Origin: Candidatus Forterrea multitransposorum CG_2015-17_Forterrea_25_41
GTDB taxonomy: Archaea > Iainarchaeota > Iainarchaeia > Iainarchaeales > CSSED10-239
Length of the DNA: 64,000 nucleotides
Assembly (NCBI GenBank): GCA_009392915.1
Contig: CP045477.1
Span: forward strand, 512,001 to 576,000
Direction of reading: 5' to 3'
The position numbers and the translations under genes are program-made. The notes beneath the pieces were generated by a model. It saw nothing but the letters and a program-made list of their open reading frames with translations. It was not told the origin of the DNA and made no database searches. Below, in pieces: positions 31,173 to 40,515 of this stretch (position 1 is the stretch's first letter; each line of letters begins with the position of its first letter).

Positions 31173-32002
31173 AAAATCTCACTTTCGGATTTTTTAATAT
31201 TTAATAATTTATTAACATTGTATCTTATTTGTAGAATTAAATCAGTTTGTCTTGTTAAACCATTAAAATTAAATTTTTGTTGTAATTTATATAAGTCTTC
31301 TCTATGATTATGTATGTAATTAGTGATATATTTAACAGAATATGTATGTTTAACATAATCTTCATTTTCATTTATTAAATCATCTTCCAATTGTATTAAT
31401 ACTTGTTTATCATCATAATGTGCTAATAAATAAAGTATCCATCTTTTTAGATTTGAAAATTCACTATCATATTTATTATATTTTTCCAGTAATTTTTTTA
31501 ATATAGTTCTAAATTCAGTTTGATTTATAACTTCTATATTATTTTCTAAAATTAATTGAACTAGTGTGTAACCAACAGAATTAATTAATTCTTTATCATT
31601 TATATTTAATTTAAGTATATTAATAAGATCATCAACGTTTTTAGCATAAATTAAATCATCTCTATATAAACTAATATCTCTTAATATTAACATTTTATTT
31701 TTTTCCGATTTTTCTTTACTTAACTCCTCTAATCTATTATTAATATATTGAATAATTTCTTTATTTTGTTTTAATCCAATGTACACAATCCTATTATCTT
31801 TTTCTATAATATCATAAACAGAATATTCGTCTTTAGTAATTTTAATTAATTCTTTACTATCTATAAAATGTTGTATATGTCTAACTGCTGTTGGTTTACT
31901 ACATTTATAATTATCCATTATAAAATTAATTAAATCAGTTTTAGGAACGAAAATTTTATCTCTTATAAATTTACTTATTTTAGGAATATCAATTTTAACC
32001 AT
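31169..32002 (-). CDS. hypothetical protein with N-terminal winged-HTH-like region, co-transcribed with cas1
   Basis: 277 aa; stop overlaps cas1 start; FIMDNYKCSKPTAVRHIQHFIDSKELIKI resembles wHTH. Confidence 0.5.
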   Translation of the reverse strand: MVKIDIPKISKFIRDKIFVPKTDLINFIMDNYKCSKPTAVRHIQHFIDSKELIKITKDEYSVYDIIEKDNRIVYIGLKQNKEIIQYINNRLEELSKEKSEKNKMLILRDISLYRDDLIYAKNVDDLINILKLNINDKELINSVGYTLVQLILENNIEVINQTEFRTILKKLLEKYNKYDSEFSNLKRWILYLLAHYDDKQVLIQLEDDLINENEDYVKHTYSVKYITNYIHNHREDLYKLQQKFNFNGLTRQTDLILQIRYNVNKLLNIKKSESEIL

Positions 32003-32066
32003 AAAAAAACCTTATCAAATTATGTATCAACTTATAAATATTATATATTACAATAAGTTTAAATAC

Positions 32067-32110
32067 ATATCATTTTAGATATCAAAATGGATATTAAATA
32101 TAAATATCAT
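32067..32110. promoter_or_regulatory. candidate operator: imperfect palindrome atatcattttaGATATCaaaatggatat plus third half-site atatcatt, in divergent promoter region of casposon
   Basis: Read directly; located between cas1 operon (leftward) and RHH-HNH-polB operon (rightward). Confidence 0.35.
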
Positions 32111-32153
32111 TCTTTTTCGTCATAAGTTATCTATTGACTTAAAAGGTGATGTT

Positions 32154-32294
32154 ATGTGTAGAGTTATATTTACTCTTCCCAAATATATAAAACAAAAATT
32201 AGAAAAAATAGCAAAAGAAAAAAATACAACACAATCTGAATTGATTAGAGCCTCTCTTTATTTGTATTTAGATAAGGAGAGTGATAATAAATGA
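32154..32294 (+). CDS. ribbon-helix-helix (CopG/Arc/MetJ-like) DNA-binding protein
   Basis: 46 aa MCRVIFTLPKYIKQKLEKIAKEKNTTQSELIRASLYLYL: beta-strand + two helices RHH pattern; stop overlaps next start (ATGA); below ORF-track size cutoff. Confidence 0.6.
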   Translation: MCRVIFTLPKYIKQKLEKIAKEKNTTQSELIRASLYLYLDKESDNK

Positions 32295-32923
32295 TATTCT
32301 CAAAAGCACATAAAACATATACTAGTTGGTTAAAATCAGCTAGTAAAACAAGATATACATTTAAAATCATTAGAAAACATTCAATATTTCCTAACTATAA
32401 CTTAAAACAATTAAGAAATACTAAACTAAGTGGTTATTTTCTTAATAAAACAAATTGGAATAATTTAACTAATATTCAAAAAGCTAATAGAAAACAAGTA
32501 ACAAACGCACTTAGACAAATAAGAAAGGGCTATTCATTAAAAGATGTTGTTAAAATTAATGGAATTAACAAAGAAACAATACAAAAACACTTAGGAAATT
32601 ATCTATTCAAAAGAAAAGGCAAATGGCAAGTAAGAAAAACAGATAGATTACAACTAAAACTAATGATTTTTGAAAAAAGAATGTGTGCAAGAACAATAAT
32701 TACTACAAATTCTAAAGATAGACAATTAATTGGTAAATATTTTGCTAATGTTAAACTAGCTCTTAGAGAAAATAACCCTTATTATCTAAAACAATTCAAA
32801 AATAAGAAAATAATTGATGCTTATGGAAAAGCACATCATTTTGAAACAGATTTAGATAGATTAAAAATGTGTGAAGAAGCTATAGAAGAGCCAGAATATT
32901 TGGAAATATATAGAAATAGATGA
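32291..32923 (+). CDS. hypothetical basic protein (casposon)
   Basis: 210 aa ORF in operon between RHH and HNH. Confidence 0.45.
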   Translation: MIFSKAHKTYTSWLKSASKTRYTFKIIRKHSIFPNYNLKQLRNTKLSGYFLNKTNWNNLTNIQKANRKQVTNALRQIRKGYSLKDVVKINGINKETIQKHLGNYLFKRKGKWQVRKTDRLQLKLMIFEKRMCARTIITTNSKDRQLIGKYFANVKLALRENNPYYLKQFKNKKIIDAYGKAHHFETDLDRLKMCEEAIEEPEYLEIYRNR

Positions 32924-32927
32924 TATT

Positions 32928-33248
32928 ATGACTGAACAAATAGGCAGTGGTCTTTCTTGTTATCTTTGTGGAGAAGACCATCCAGCAGTAATTAAGAAAT
33001 TAGAATTACATCATATTGATGGTAAAGCTAATTCAAATACCACTGTTGCTATTTGTCAAAATTGTCATAATAAAATTACTTGTGAACAAAATAAACTATC
33101 TCCTAAATTGAGATCTAATAAAAATAAAGATTCTTTGATCAAGTTAGGTTATCAATTATTAAGTCACGGGGCTTTATTGAAGACTTTAGGAGAAACACAA
33201 ATAAAAATTGGAAAAGAGATGATTGAATATGAAAAAAATAATACTTAG
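32928..33248 (+). CDS. HNH endonuclease
   Basis: CYLCGEDH...LELHHIDGKANSNTTVAICQNCHNKIT: C-x2-C, HH, N, C-x2-C-H HNH signature; 106 aa. Confidence 0.7.
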   Translation: MTEQIGSGLSCYLCGEDHPAVIKKLELHHIDGKANSNTTVAICQNCHNKITCEQNKLSPKLRSNKNKDSLIKLGYQLLSHGALLKTLGETQIKIGKEMIEYEKNNT

Positions 33249-34791
33249 AGCATTTGCTAATGTTAATACAAATAAGAAAGACTATACTACAGAAATTAAA
33301 AAACATAGAAGAGTTTTAGTATTTGATACTGAAACAACTACTGATGAATATCAAAACCTTAAGATAGGGTTCTTTCAGGTTTATCAAGATAATATTAAGG
33401 TAAATGAAGGTTTATTCTATATAAATGACTTACCTAATGAAGATATTAAGGTTCTACAAAAATATTCTAGAACCTACCCTACCTCACTATATACCTTAGA
33501 TAAATTTAAAGATATATTCTATAAAGAAGTGTATAATAGAGGTACGTTATGTATTGGTTATAATCTAGCTTTTGATATATCTAGAATAGCTCAAAAATAT
33601 GGATATTCTAGAAAATATAATAAGGGTGGGTTTACATTTACTTTATCTAAGGATATAAACAAACCTCCTATAATTATTAAAAAATTAGGTGATGCTAATA
33701 CTTTTAAATTTCAAAGAAATATTGCTAATAAAGGTAAATCTTACAAAAGTGGTTATTTTTTAGATGTTCAAACAATATCTAAAATAATATTAGATAAGAG
33801 AAGGATTAGTTTAGATAAATCCTGTGAAATATTAAATACAACAACTAAAAAAATGAAAAATATCACACATGGAAAAATAACTAAACTTTATATTGATTAT
33901 TTAATTACTGATGTGAAGTCTACATTTGAAGTATATTTAGAATTATTAAAAGAATTTAAAAAATATGATATTGATATTCCATTAGAAAAAACATATAGTT
34001 CAGCATCTCTAGGTAAACAAGCATTAGCTCAATTAGGAATAAAATCTTTTTTTAATTGTAATCCGAATTTTAGTAAAGAATTAATCGGAATTATAATGTC
34101 TACTTATTATGGTGGAAGATGTGAATGTGTTTATAGAAAAAAACCAGTTAAAATTGATTATCTTGATTTTACTTCAATGTATCCTACTATTACCTTATTA
34201 TATGGTATTTGGGACTTTATAATTGCAGAACAAATAACTACTGAAGATGTTACTGATGAAATAAAAAATTTAGTTGAGAATATAGATTTAGAAAGTTTAA
34301 AAAATAAAGAATTATTTAGACAATTTAATGTACTTGTGAAAATTAAACCAAACAAAGATTTATTGCCAATTAGATTTGATTATAAAAACAAAAATGAAAA
34401 TAATAACTTAGGATTAAATTATCTTACAAGTGATAAAGAATTATGGTATACTTTACCGGATATAATTTCATCAAAAATACTAACTGGAAAAGCACCTCAA
34501 ATACTTGAAGCTATTAGATTTAAACCCAATGGAATACAAAGTGATCTTAAAAAATCTAAAATTGTTGGAGTAAATATAAACCCTAAGAAAGAAAATTTAA
34601 TTAAAATTTGTGTAGATAAAAGACAAGAAATTAAAAAAGAGATAAAAGAGTTAAAAAAAGATGATTTAGAATCTAAAAGACTTGATGGTATTCAGAGAGC
34701 CCTTAAAATTTTAGTTAATACTTTTAGTTATGGTATATTTATTGAATTAAATCCTAAAGAGGTAAAAAATAACATTAAATTTATGGTTTAA
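33223..34791 (+). CDS. polB: family B DNA polymerase (protein-primed type), N-terminal part: 3'-5' exonuclease + Pol motifs A and B; interrupted by frameshift
   Basis: ExoI VLVFDTETT, ExoII GYNLAFDISRI, ExoIII YIDYLITD, motif A IDYLDFTSMYPTI, motif B KILVNTFSYGIF. Confidence 0.8.
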   Translation: MNMKKIILRAFANVNTNKKDYTTEIKKHRRVLVFDTETTTDEYQNLKIGFFQVYQDNIKVNEGLFYINDLPNEDIKVLQKYSRTYPTSLYTLDKFKDIFYKEVYNRGTLCIGYNLAFDISRIAQKYGYSRKYNKGGFTFTLSKDINKPPIIIKKLGDANTFKFQRNIANKGKSYKSGYFLDVQTISKIILDKRRISLDKSCEILNTTTKKMKNITHGKITKLYIDYLITDVKSTFEVYLELLKEFKKYDIDIPLEKTYSSASLGKQALAQLGIKSFFNCNPNFSKELIGIIMSTYYGGRCECVYRKKPVKIDYLDFTSMYPTITLLYGIWDFIIAEQITTEDVTDEIKNLVENIDLESLKNKELFRQFNVLVKIKPNKDLLPIRFDYKNKNENNNLGLNYLTSDKELWYTLPDIISSKILTGKAPQILEAIRFKPNGIQSDLKKSKIVGVNINPKKENLIKICVDKRQEIKKEIKELKKDDLESKRLDGIQRALKILVNTFSYGIFIELNPKEVKNNIKFMV

Positions 34792-35804
34792 ATGAATTTT
34801 CTTCTGATGTAAAACATATAGAAAATATTGGTAAATATTTCAATCCTATATTAGGCACGATAATAACCTCAGGAGCAAGATTATTTTTAGCTATAGCTCA
34901 ATCAATTACAGAAAAACAAGGGTATAAGCACGTTTATATGGATACAGACAGTATTTTAGTTCCTATTGAGGTATCTAGTAAGGTAATAAATTATTTTAAA
35001 CCTTTAAATCCTTATTCTTCAGATATAGCTTTACTTAAAAAAGAGAAAGAAGATGTATGTTTCTATGGTATTTGTAGTAAAAGATATTGTTTATATAATT
35101 TTAAAAATAAAAAAATTGAACTTATGGATTATAAATTACATGGTTTAGGGCATCTTATTAATCCTTGGAGTAATAAAAAGGATTGGCATAAGGATGTTTG
35201 GTTAGATATATTGAATTTACATTATAATTATATTACATCAGCAGAAATTTATGAAAAATATTCTGTAGTTTATGGAATATCTAGATTTACAGTATCTACT
35301 CCACATTTAATTAAGAGATTTAATACAATTAATAATGATAGACCTTATGAAGAACAAATTAAACCATCTAATTTTTTTTATTTAGGGTTTTCTGTAAATA
35401 AGAATAATTCTGTAAAACCATTAGTGCCTTTTGGAGGAAATCCTCAAAAGTTGGTTTATGATGAATTTATTGATTATAATACTGGAAAGGTAATGCAAGG
35501 TTGTGAGTATTGGAAACCTTTAGGAAATACAATCTTAGAGTATATTGATCATTCAGAGTATAAGTTAGATGGGGGTATTGGGCAATTAGAAAGAAAACAT
35601 ATTGTTTGTAATGATATTCAGTATATAGGAAAAGAAGCAAACAATATTGATGAAGAAGCTATATCTTCTTTTAAACCTATTGAGTATAAGAACAATAATC
35701 AGTTTAAGAAGGATCTTAGGTCATTGAATAATAAGGAGTTGATGCAAAAGTACCATTTCAAGACTAGGAGTCACATCAAGTATTGGAGAGATAAATTATT
35801 CTAA
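34779..35804 (+). CDS. polB: family B DNA polymerase, C-terminal part in -1 frame (KxY-region ITSGAR, motif C YMDTDS, thumb)
   Basis: Hand translation of frame upstream of 34938 gives IYGLNEFSSDVKHIENIGKYFNPILGTIITSGARLFLAIAQ...KHVYMDTDSILVP, continuous with PolB after motif B. Confidence 0.75.
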   Translation: MYGLNEFSSDVKHIENIGKYFNPILGTIITSGARLFLAIAQSITEKQGYKHVYMDTDSILVPIEVSSKVINYFKPLNPYSSDIALLKKEKEDVCFYGICSKRYCLYNFKNKKIELMDYKLHGLGHLINPWSNKKDWHKDVWLDILNLHYNYITSAEIYEKYSVVYGISRFTVSTPHLIKRFNTINNDRPYEEQIKPSNFFYLGFSVNKNNSVKPLVPFGGNPQKLVYDEFIDYNTGKVMQGCEYWKPLGNTILEYIDHSEYKLDGGIGQLERKHIVCNDIQYIGKEANNIDEEAISSFKPIEYKNNNQFKKDLRSLNNKELMQKYHFKTRSHIKYWRDKLF

Positions 35805-37013
35805 CGATTCATATTCATAGCAATGTTTTTTTTTAGTATTTTTAATAACTAATCTTTTATCCATATCTTTATAAACTTCAGGAGGCATAAAAGTATTTTT
35901 ACCAAAAGTTACAAAATTATATTTAGTCATATCCTTAATATCTGTTTTTAAAACACCTATAATAAATGATAATTTTTGTTTAGTTTTATAATATAAAGTC
36001 CAACAAGTAAATTTATTTTTAATTAAAATATCATCTTTTTTACCATTTGAAAAAGCGCAATAAATACCAAAATCAAAATTATCCCAACCTAAAAATCTTT
36101 GGACATAATTTTTATTAGATTTTTTAAATTCAATGTATTTCTTAAATATTTCAATACCAAAATTACATTTTTGAAATGAATTTAATTTTAAAATTTGTTC
36201 AATAAATAAATAATCATCTTGCGATTCACACTTTTCTAATTGAAATATTAAGTCATCTATAAATACACTATATTTTTCATTATTCTTTTTAATATCTAGT
36301 TGATTTTTTAAAAACTCTTTATAATTAAATTCATCAAATAATATTAAACTCGCATCAACCCACTTTTTTGTAAGTTCAGCAATACCGTCTTTATTTTGTA
36401 AGTAAATACCTAATATATTTCTTTCTGAATCTAATAAATTATTTTTATTTATGATTAGTTCTCTTTTATCTAAATAATCTATGAAGTCAACAGGTGTGTG
36501 TATATAATTTATAATTTCATTTATTTCTGTATAATTAAAAATATGTGGCATTATTTTAATATTTGATGATTCTTTTTGTGTAATTGATAACAATCCTTTA
36601 TTTGCTAATTCATAATTTCCATTATTAATAACAACACCATAGATTTTCTTAATTTTTTTAAAATTACTATTTGTTAATTTTATATTTTCATTAAATTTAT
36701 TTTTAATATTCACATGAATTTTATTTTCTTTGATTCTATTTATACTTGCACGTAATTGTTTTGTTGGATTGTATATAGCTTTTTGTATATATCTTTTATC
36801 GATAATATCATGTATTTTTGTTTTTATTTGAATAATTATAGCAACATCATTTAATAAAATAATGAAATCGCATAACTCTTTATTATTTTCTAATTGTGGA
36901 TTTGGAAAAACAAAATATTTATGAAAAATAGGTTGTAAAATATTATTATATATTTTTTCTTCAAAAGAATCTTTAAAGTTATAATTATTATTCATAAATA
37001 AATAATATTGCAA
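35796..37013 (-). CDS. hypothetical protein with possible N-terminal PD-(D/E)xK nuclease-like motif (casposon, adjacent to right TIR)
   Basis: 405 aa; ELCDFIILLNDVAIIIQIKTK resembles D-x(n)-E-x-K core; tentative. Confidence 0.4.
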   Translation of the reverse strand: MQYYLFMNNNYNFKDSFEEKIYNNILQPIFHKYFVFPNPQLENNKELCDFIILLNDVAIIIQIKTKIHDIIDKRYIQKAIYNPTKQLRASINRIKENKIHVNIKNKFNENIKLTNSNFKKIKKIYGVVINNGNYELANKGLLSITQKESSNIKIMPHIFNYTEINEIINYIHTPVDFIDYLDKRELIINKNNLLDSERNILGIYLQNKDGIAELTKKWVDASLILFDEFNYKEFLKNQLDIKKNNEKYSVFIDDLIFQLEKCESQDDYLFIEQILKLNSFQKCNFGIEIFKKYIEFKKSNKNYVQRFLGWDNFDFGIYCAFSNGKKDDILIKNKFTCWTLYYKTKQKLSFIIGVLKTDIKDMTKYNFVTFGKNTFMPPEVYKDMDKRLVIKNTKKKHCYEYESLE

Positions 37014-37016
37014 AAT

Positions 37017-37073
37017 ATGTATAAATATTACTATTAGAACAAACGTACAAAAATAATTAGATATATATAACCC
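37017..37073. repeat. casposon right terminal inverted repeat
   Basis: See left TIR alignment. Confidence 0.6.
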
Positions 37074-37087
37074 GGCTTCTTTTTATT
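37074..37087. repeat. target-site duplication, right copy (ggcttctttttatt)
   Basis: Perfect 14-bp direct repeat of 28692-28705. Confidence 0.65.
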
Positions 37088-37126
37088 ATTTTATTTTCAC
37101 TCTTTGAAAGTTTTTTATTCTTTTCT

Positions 37127-37423
37127 ATGAATAAAGATTACAACAATTACATTATTTCAGTAATAGGAGGATTAACAACTGGTTTTATAATTATTATAAT
37201 TCCAGAATTATTAAAAGTTATATTTGATAAAAATATAAAACTATTTATTAAAATTATTTTTCTAATTGGGATGATATTATTTTTAATATGGAGTTTATTG
37301 TTTGTAGGAAATAAATTCTTTTTAAAACAAAAAAAACGTACTAAAGAATTAAACAAATTAATAATAACAAGTATTATATTTATTCTTATTAATATTATAT
37401 TAGAGTGCTTAATAAATCTGTAA
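37127..37423 (+). CDS. hypothetical small membrane protein
   Basis: 98 aa, 3 hydrophobic helices. Confidence 0.35.
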   Translation: MNKDYNNYIISVIGGLTTGFIIIIIPELLKVIFDKNIKLFIKIIFLIGMILFLIWSLLFVGNKFFLKQKKRTKELNKLIITSIIFILINIILECLINL

Positions 37424-37508
37424 TTATTATTTTTTTATTAAATTAACATAAATTATAAAAAAACATTTTTATTTAAAAAAATAATTTTTATATTTAATAA
37501 AATAAAAA

Positions 37509-38387
37509 TTAATGATAATGCACAGATAACGTTAAAACTCCCGCTTCTTTATATTCACCACGATAATTTTTTACATGCCCATGATAATGATATTTAAAAT
37601 TACATTTCTTTTTTAAATCATATATATTAATTGATCCTAAATTGTAAAACGTAATACCAGGACAGTGAGATACAAAAATTGTTTTATTACTAAAATAAGT
37701 TCTAAAAAAATCAATTCGTTTTTTATCCATTCTCAAACTATTATCAATTGAAGAAATATATTTTTCTTTACCAGATTTATCAGAATTAACTCCTGTTAAA
37801 TATAAATCTTTATTTAAATATATTAGTTCTAAATCCATAGGATTATAAAAATTAGGGTTATTTATAATTTTATAAATTATTGGAATATTATTAAAATAAT
37901 TATTTAATTCCATTAAATCTCCATTAAAAAATGAACCCATAATATATTTTCTTTGAGGAAAAGCCAATATACTATCGTGATTTCCAGAATAAAATAATAT
38001 TCTTATGTCTTTTTTAACACAATAATTTTCAAAATCAATAAAATTATCAATCTCATTTTTATTTTTAGAATAAATTAATTCAGATAGTAAATTACCAAAA
38101 TCTTCTGAAGTAATATTAAGTAAATTATTTTTATTTTTGTTTAAATAATCATACACTTGAAATTCATTCCAATAAGATTTTAAAAAAGAAAAAATATCTC
38201 CTAAAAACACAACTAATTTAATTTTTTTAGCACATAAAATTTTAATTAACTTTTTTTTTATTATTAAAGAAAATCTTTCAATATCTGATATAAAATAAAT
38301 TTCATCTAATTCAATATCTTTATTAAATAAACGATGAAAATCAAATTTTATATTAATTAAATTAGGCACTATTTTTTTATCCTTCAA
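37509..38387 (-). CDS. calcineurin-like metallophosphoesterase
   Basis: FLGDIFS (GD motif), SGNHDS (GNHD), VSHCPG, YHGHVKN (GHxH-like); 292 aa. Confidence 0.55.
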   Translation of the reverse strand: MKDKKIVPNLINIKFDFHRLFNKDIELDEIYFISDIERFSLIIKKKLIKILCAKKIKLVVFLGDIFSFLKSYWNEFQVYDYLNKNKNNLLNITSEDFGNLLSELIYSKNKNEIDNFIDFENYCVKKDIRILFYSGNHDSILAFPQRKYIMGSFFNGDLMELNNYFNNIPIIYKIINNPNFYNPMDLELIYLNKDLYLTGVNSDKSGKEKYISSIDNSLRMDKKRIDFFRTYFSNKTIFVSHCPGITFYNLGSINIYDLKKKCNFKYHYHGHVKNYRGEYKEAGVLTLSVHYH

Positions 38388-38438
38388 TATTTATCTCCCC
38401 TATATACTTATTCACATTAAACAATATATTCAAAAATA

Positions 38439-39047
38439 TTATTTATAAAGTTTTATTCCTTCCAAAAGATCTATTCCAATAGATTTTTTTACTGCAATTT
38501 CCCTTATATATGAAACTATAGATTTATCTAAACAATCCCAATATCCAAATTTATCTATTAAATAAGCAATTAATTGAAAATACATATATTCAAATCTATA
38601 ATCTTCCTCATAATATAATGGGAAATGAATAAAATTATTTCTTTGATTTCCAATTAAATTAAATAAACTTTCGATTAATTCTTTATTTGAATCTTTATTA
38701 TTAATAATATATGAAAATAACTTAAATTTTAATTTACCTAAAGTTCTATTTTTAATTGGTATTTGTAAATAATTTATTGGATCTTTATCAATTAATATTA
38801 TTTTAACTAATCCTTCAACACAAATATTTAACAAAATAATATGAGAAATTTCCTCTGTAGTAGAATCTTCTTTTAATTTTTTATAATTATTTAACAAAAA
38901 TTTAAATTGCTTAAATAAATTAGCTATAAATTTTTGTTTTTTTTCATCTACATCAACTTTATCTAATAATTTACATTCCATAATTAAAGAGAGTTTTTGT
39001 AACTCTTTTAAACGATTATTTAATTCTTTAACCATAATTTCACACAT
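38439..39047 (-). CDS. hypothetical protein
   Basis: 202 aa ORF in very AT-rich island. Confidence 0.4.
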   Translation of the reverse strand: MCEIMVKELNNRLKELQKLSLIMECKLLDKVDVDEKKQKFIANLFKQFKFLLNNYKKLKEDSTTEEISHIILLNICVEGLVKIILIDKDPINYLQIPIKNRTLGKLKFKLFSYIINNKDSNKELIESLFNLIGNQRNNFIHFPLYYEEDYRFEYMYFQLIAYLIDKFGYWDCLDKSIVSYIREIAVKKSIGIDLLEGIKLYK

Positions 39048-39065
39048 TTATTTTATAAATTTAAT

Positions 39066-39935
39066 TTATTTAATTAAATCAGATATTTTAACACTTAACA
39101 CATAACCAATTCTTGAAAGGTCTTTTGTTTCAATATTAATTACTCTTAAATTATTGTTTTCTAAAATCTTATTTTTATTTGCATATCTTTTTATTTCTTT
39201 ATTTCTTTTTTCTTCATTTAATGAATTTAATCCTCCATTAAATTCAATATAAATATCTTCTTTAGGTAAATAAAAATCAATTAATCTATATTCTGCTTTA
39301 TCACCTTTTAAAAAATCAACATAATATTCAGGAATATACCTAATTTTTAATTCTTGCAGAGAAAGTGCAACTAATTTTTCTCCTTCACTCCTAGTTTTCA
39401 AATAATTTTCTTTATTAATAGTTTTTAATTTTTTTTTATTAATATCTAATAACCAATTTACATACCATTGATAGGTATCCCATTGATCCCATTTTTCTCC
39501 TGCATAAAAATGTTTAGATTCATTATCTTTTCTATAATAAAATCTTCTCCAATCATGAGGAGTAGTTTTTATAATAAATGTAGTTTGTTTATCTTTTTTA
39601 ATATAAACATCCTCTTTATTAACTACTAAATGTTTCATATGATTAGGAAACATTTTTTCAGAACCTGGTTTTTCAATATTTGGATCATATCCACAAGCTA
39701 AATGAAAATGAATAGTAACTTTATTTATTTTTATATTTGCACAAAATTTTTTATCATCAATAATTACACAGTATGGTTCTGAAGGAAACCAATCTTTAAC
39801 CATATCTTGAAAAATTTCGGATGCTTTAGAATATTGACAATCTTTCTTAAATTTATCATATTTTTTTTTATCATACCTAGCATTAATTAATCTTTCTGAA
39901 TTTGTTAATTTGTAATCCTTTAATAAATAACTCAT
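39066..39935 (-). CDS. protein with C-terminal DUF559/Vsr-like (PD-(D/E)xK) endonuclease domain
   Basis: SEGEKLVALSLQ...YRLIDFYLPKEDIYIEFNGG matches the DUF559/very-short-patch-repair-like endonuclease core pattern. Confidence 0.5.
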   Translation of the reverse strand: MSYLLKDYKLTNSERLINARYDKKKYDKFKKDCQYSKASEIFQDMVKDWFPSEPYCVIIDDKKFCANIKINKVTIHFHLACGYDPNIEKPGSEKMFPNHMKHLVVNKEDVYIKKDKQTTFIIKTTPHDWRRFYYRKDNESKHFYAGEKWDQWDTYQWYVNWLLDINKKKLKTINKENYLKTRSEGEKLVALSLQELKIRYIPEYYVDFLKGDKAEYRLIDFYLPKEDIYIEFNGGLNSLNEEKRNKEIKRYANKNKILENNNLRVINIETKDLSRIGYVLSVKISDLIK

Positions 39936-39945
39936 AATAACCCTC

Positions 39946-40515
39946 TTATCTTTTTTTAAAATTTCTTTTTCTTGAATGATTAAATTTAGAATTCTTATTA
40001 AAGCGACTAGATAAATTAGAAGGCTGTCTTTTAAAAGATCTAAATTTATTTACTTTTCTCTTTAAATAATGTGTAATTGTATAATATTTAATAAAATTTA
40101 AAATAATTATTGCAATTAAAATATAAATTAATAATTCTAAAATTAAAGAAAATAATGAAAAATCACTTAAATTAAGTATTATTTTTACAAATAAACCAAT
40201 AATAGGAATTAATAATAAACTAATATAAATTTCAATTAAAAAAAATCTATTTTTCGAATCTAATAAATACAGTCCACGTAACAGATTTTTGATAAAACTA
40301 ATAATTGTTTTAATAATTACAATAAATATAACTATTAAAGAAATAGAAAAATAAATTGTTTTTTTTATTTCACTAAGATTTGAAGATTTTATTAAAATAT
40401 TAATTAAAATAAAAAAAATCAATGTTGAGCAATAATATAAAAGGTTATTTTTATTTTCATTCCAAAAACGATGCCAAATATCTTTATGTAAAAAACTTTT
40501 ATGTTTTTTAATCAT
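39946..40515 (-). CDS. hypothetical membrane protein with highly basic C-terminal tail
   Basis: 189 aa; 4 TM; tail KRKVNKFRSFKRQPSNLSSRFNKNSKFNHSRKRNFKKR. Confidence 0.4.
   Translation of the reverse strand: MIKKHKSFLHKDIWHRFWNENKNNLLYYCSTLIFFILINILIKSSNLSEIKKTIYFSISLIVIFIVIIKTIISFIKNLLRGLYLLDSKNRFFLIEIYISLLLIPIIGLFVKIILNLSDFSLFSLILELLIYILIAIIILNFIKYYTITHYLKRKVNKFRSFKRQPSNLSSRFNKNSKFNHSRKRNFKKR

Larger units (their letters stand above)
28706..37073. mobile_element. casposon-like self-synthesizing transposon (Cas1 casposase + protein-primed PolB + HNH + RHH/wHTH), inserted at 3' end of tRNA-Thr
   Basis: Solo cas1 next to family B polymerase; imperfect TIRs at 28706-28769 / 37017-37073; 14-bp TSD; no cas2 or CRISPR repeats in window. 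Confidence 0.7.

Noticed and set aside
28716-37100. Short similarity tatttcac(t) inside the left TIR (28716-28724) and attttcac(t) in host DNA just right of the right TSD (37093-37101)
   Set aside because: 8-9 nt AT-rich match with an indel; could hint at a longer, degenerate att-like duplication but is within chance expectation for this composition. It does not change the 14-bp TSD call.
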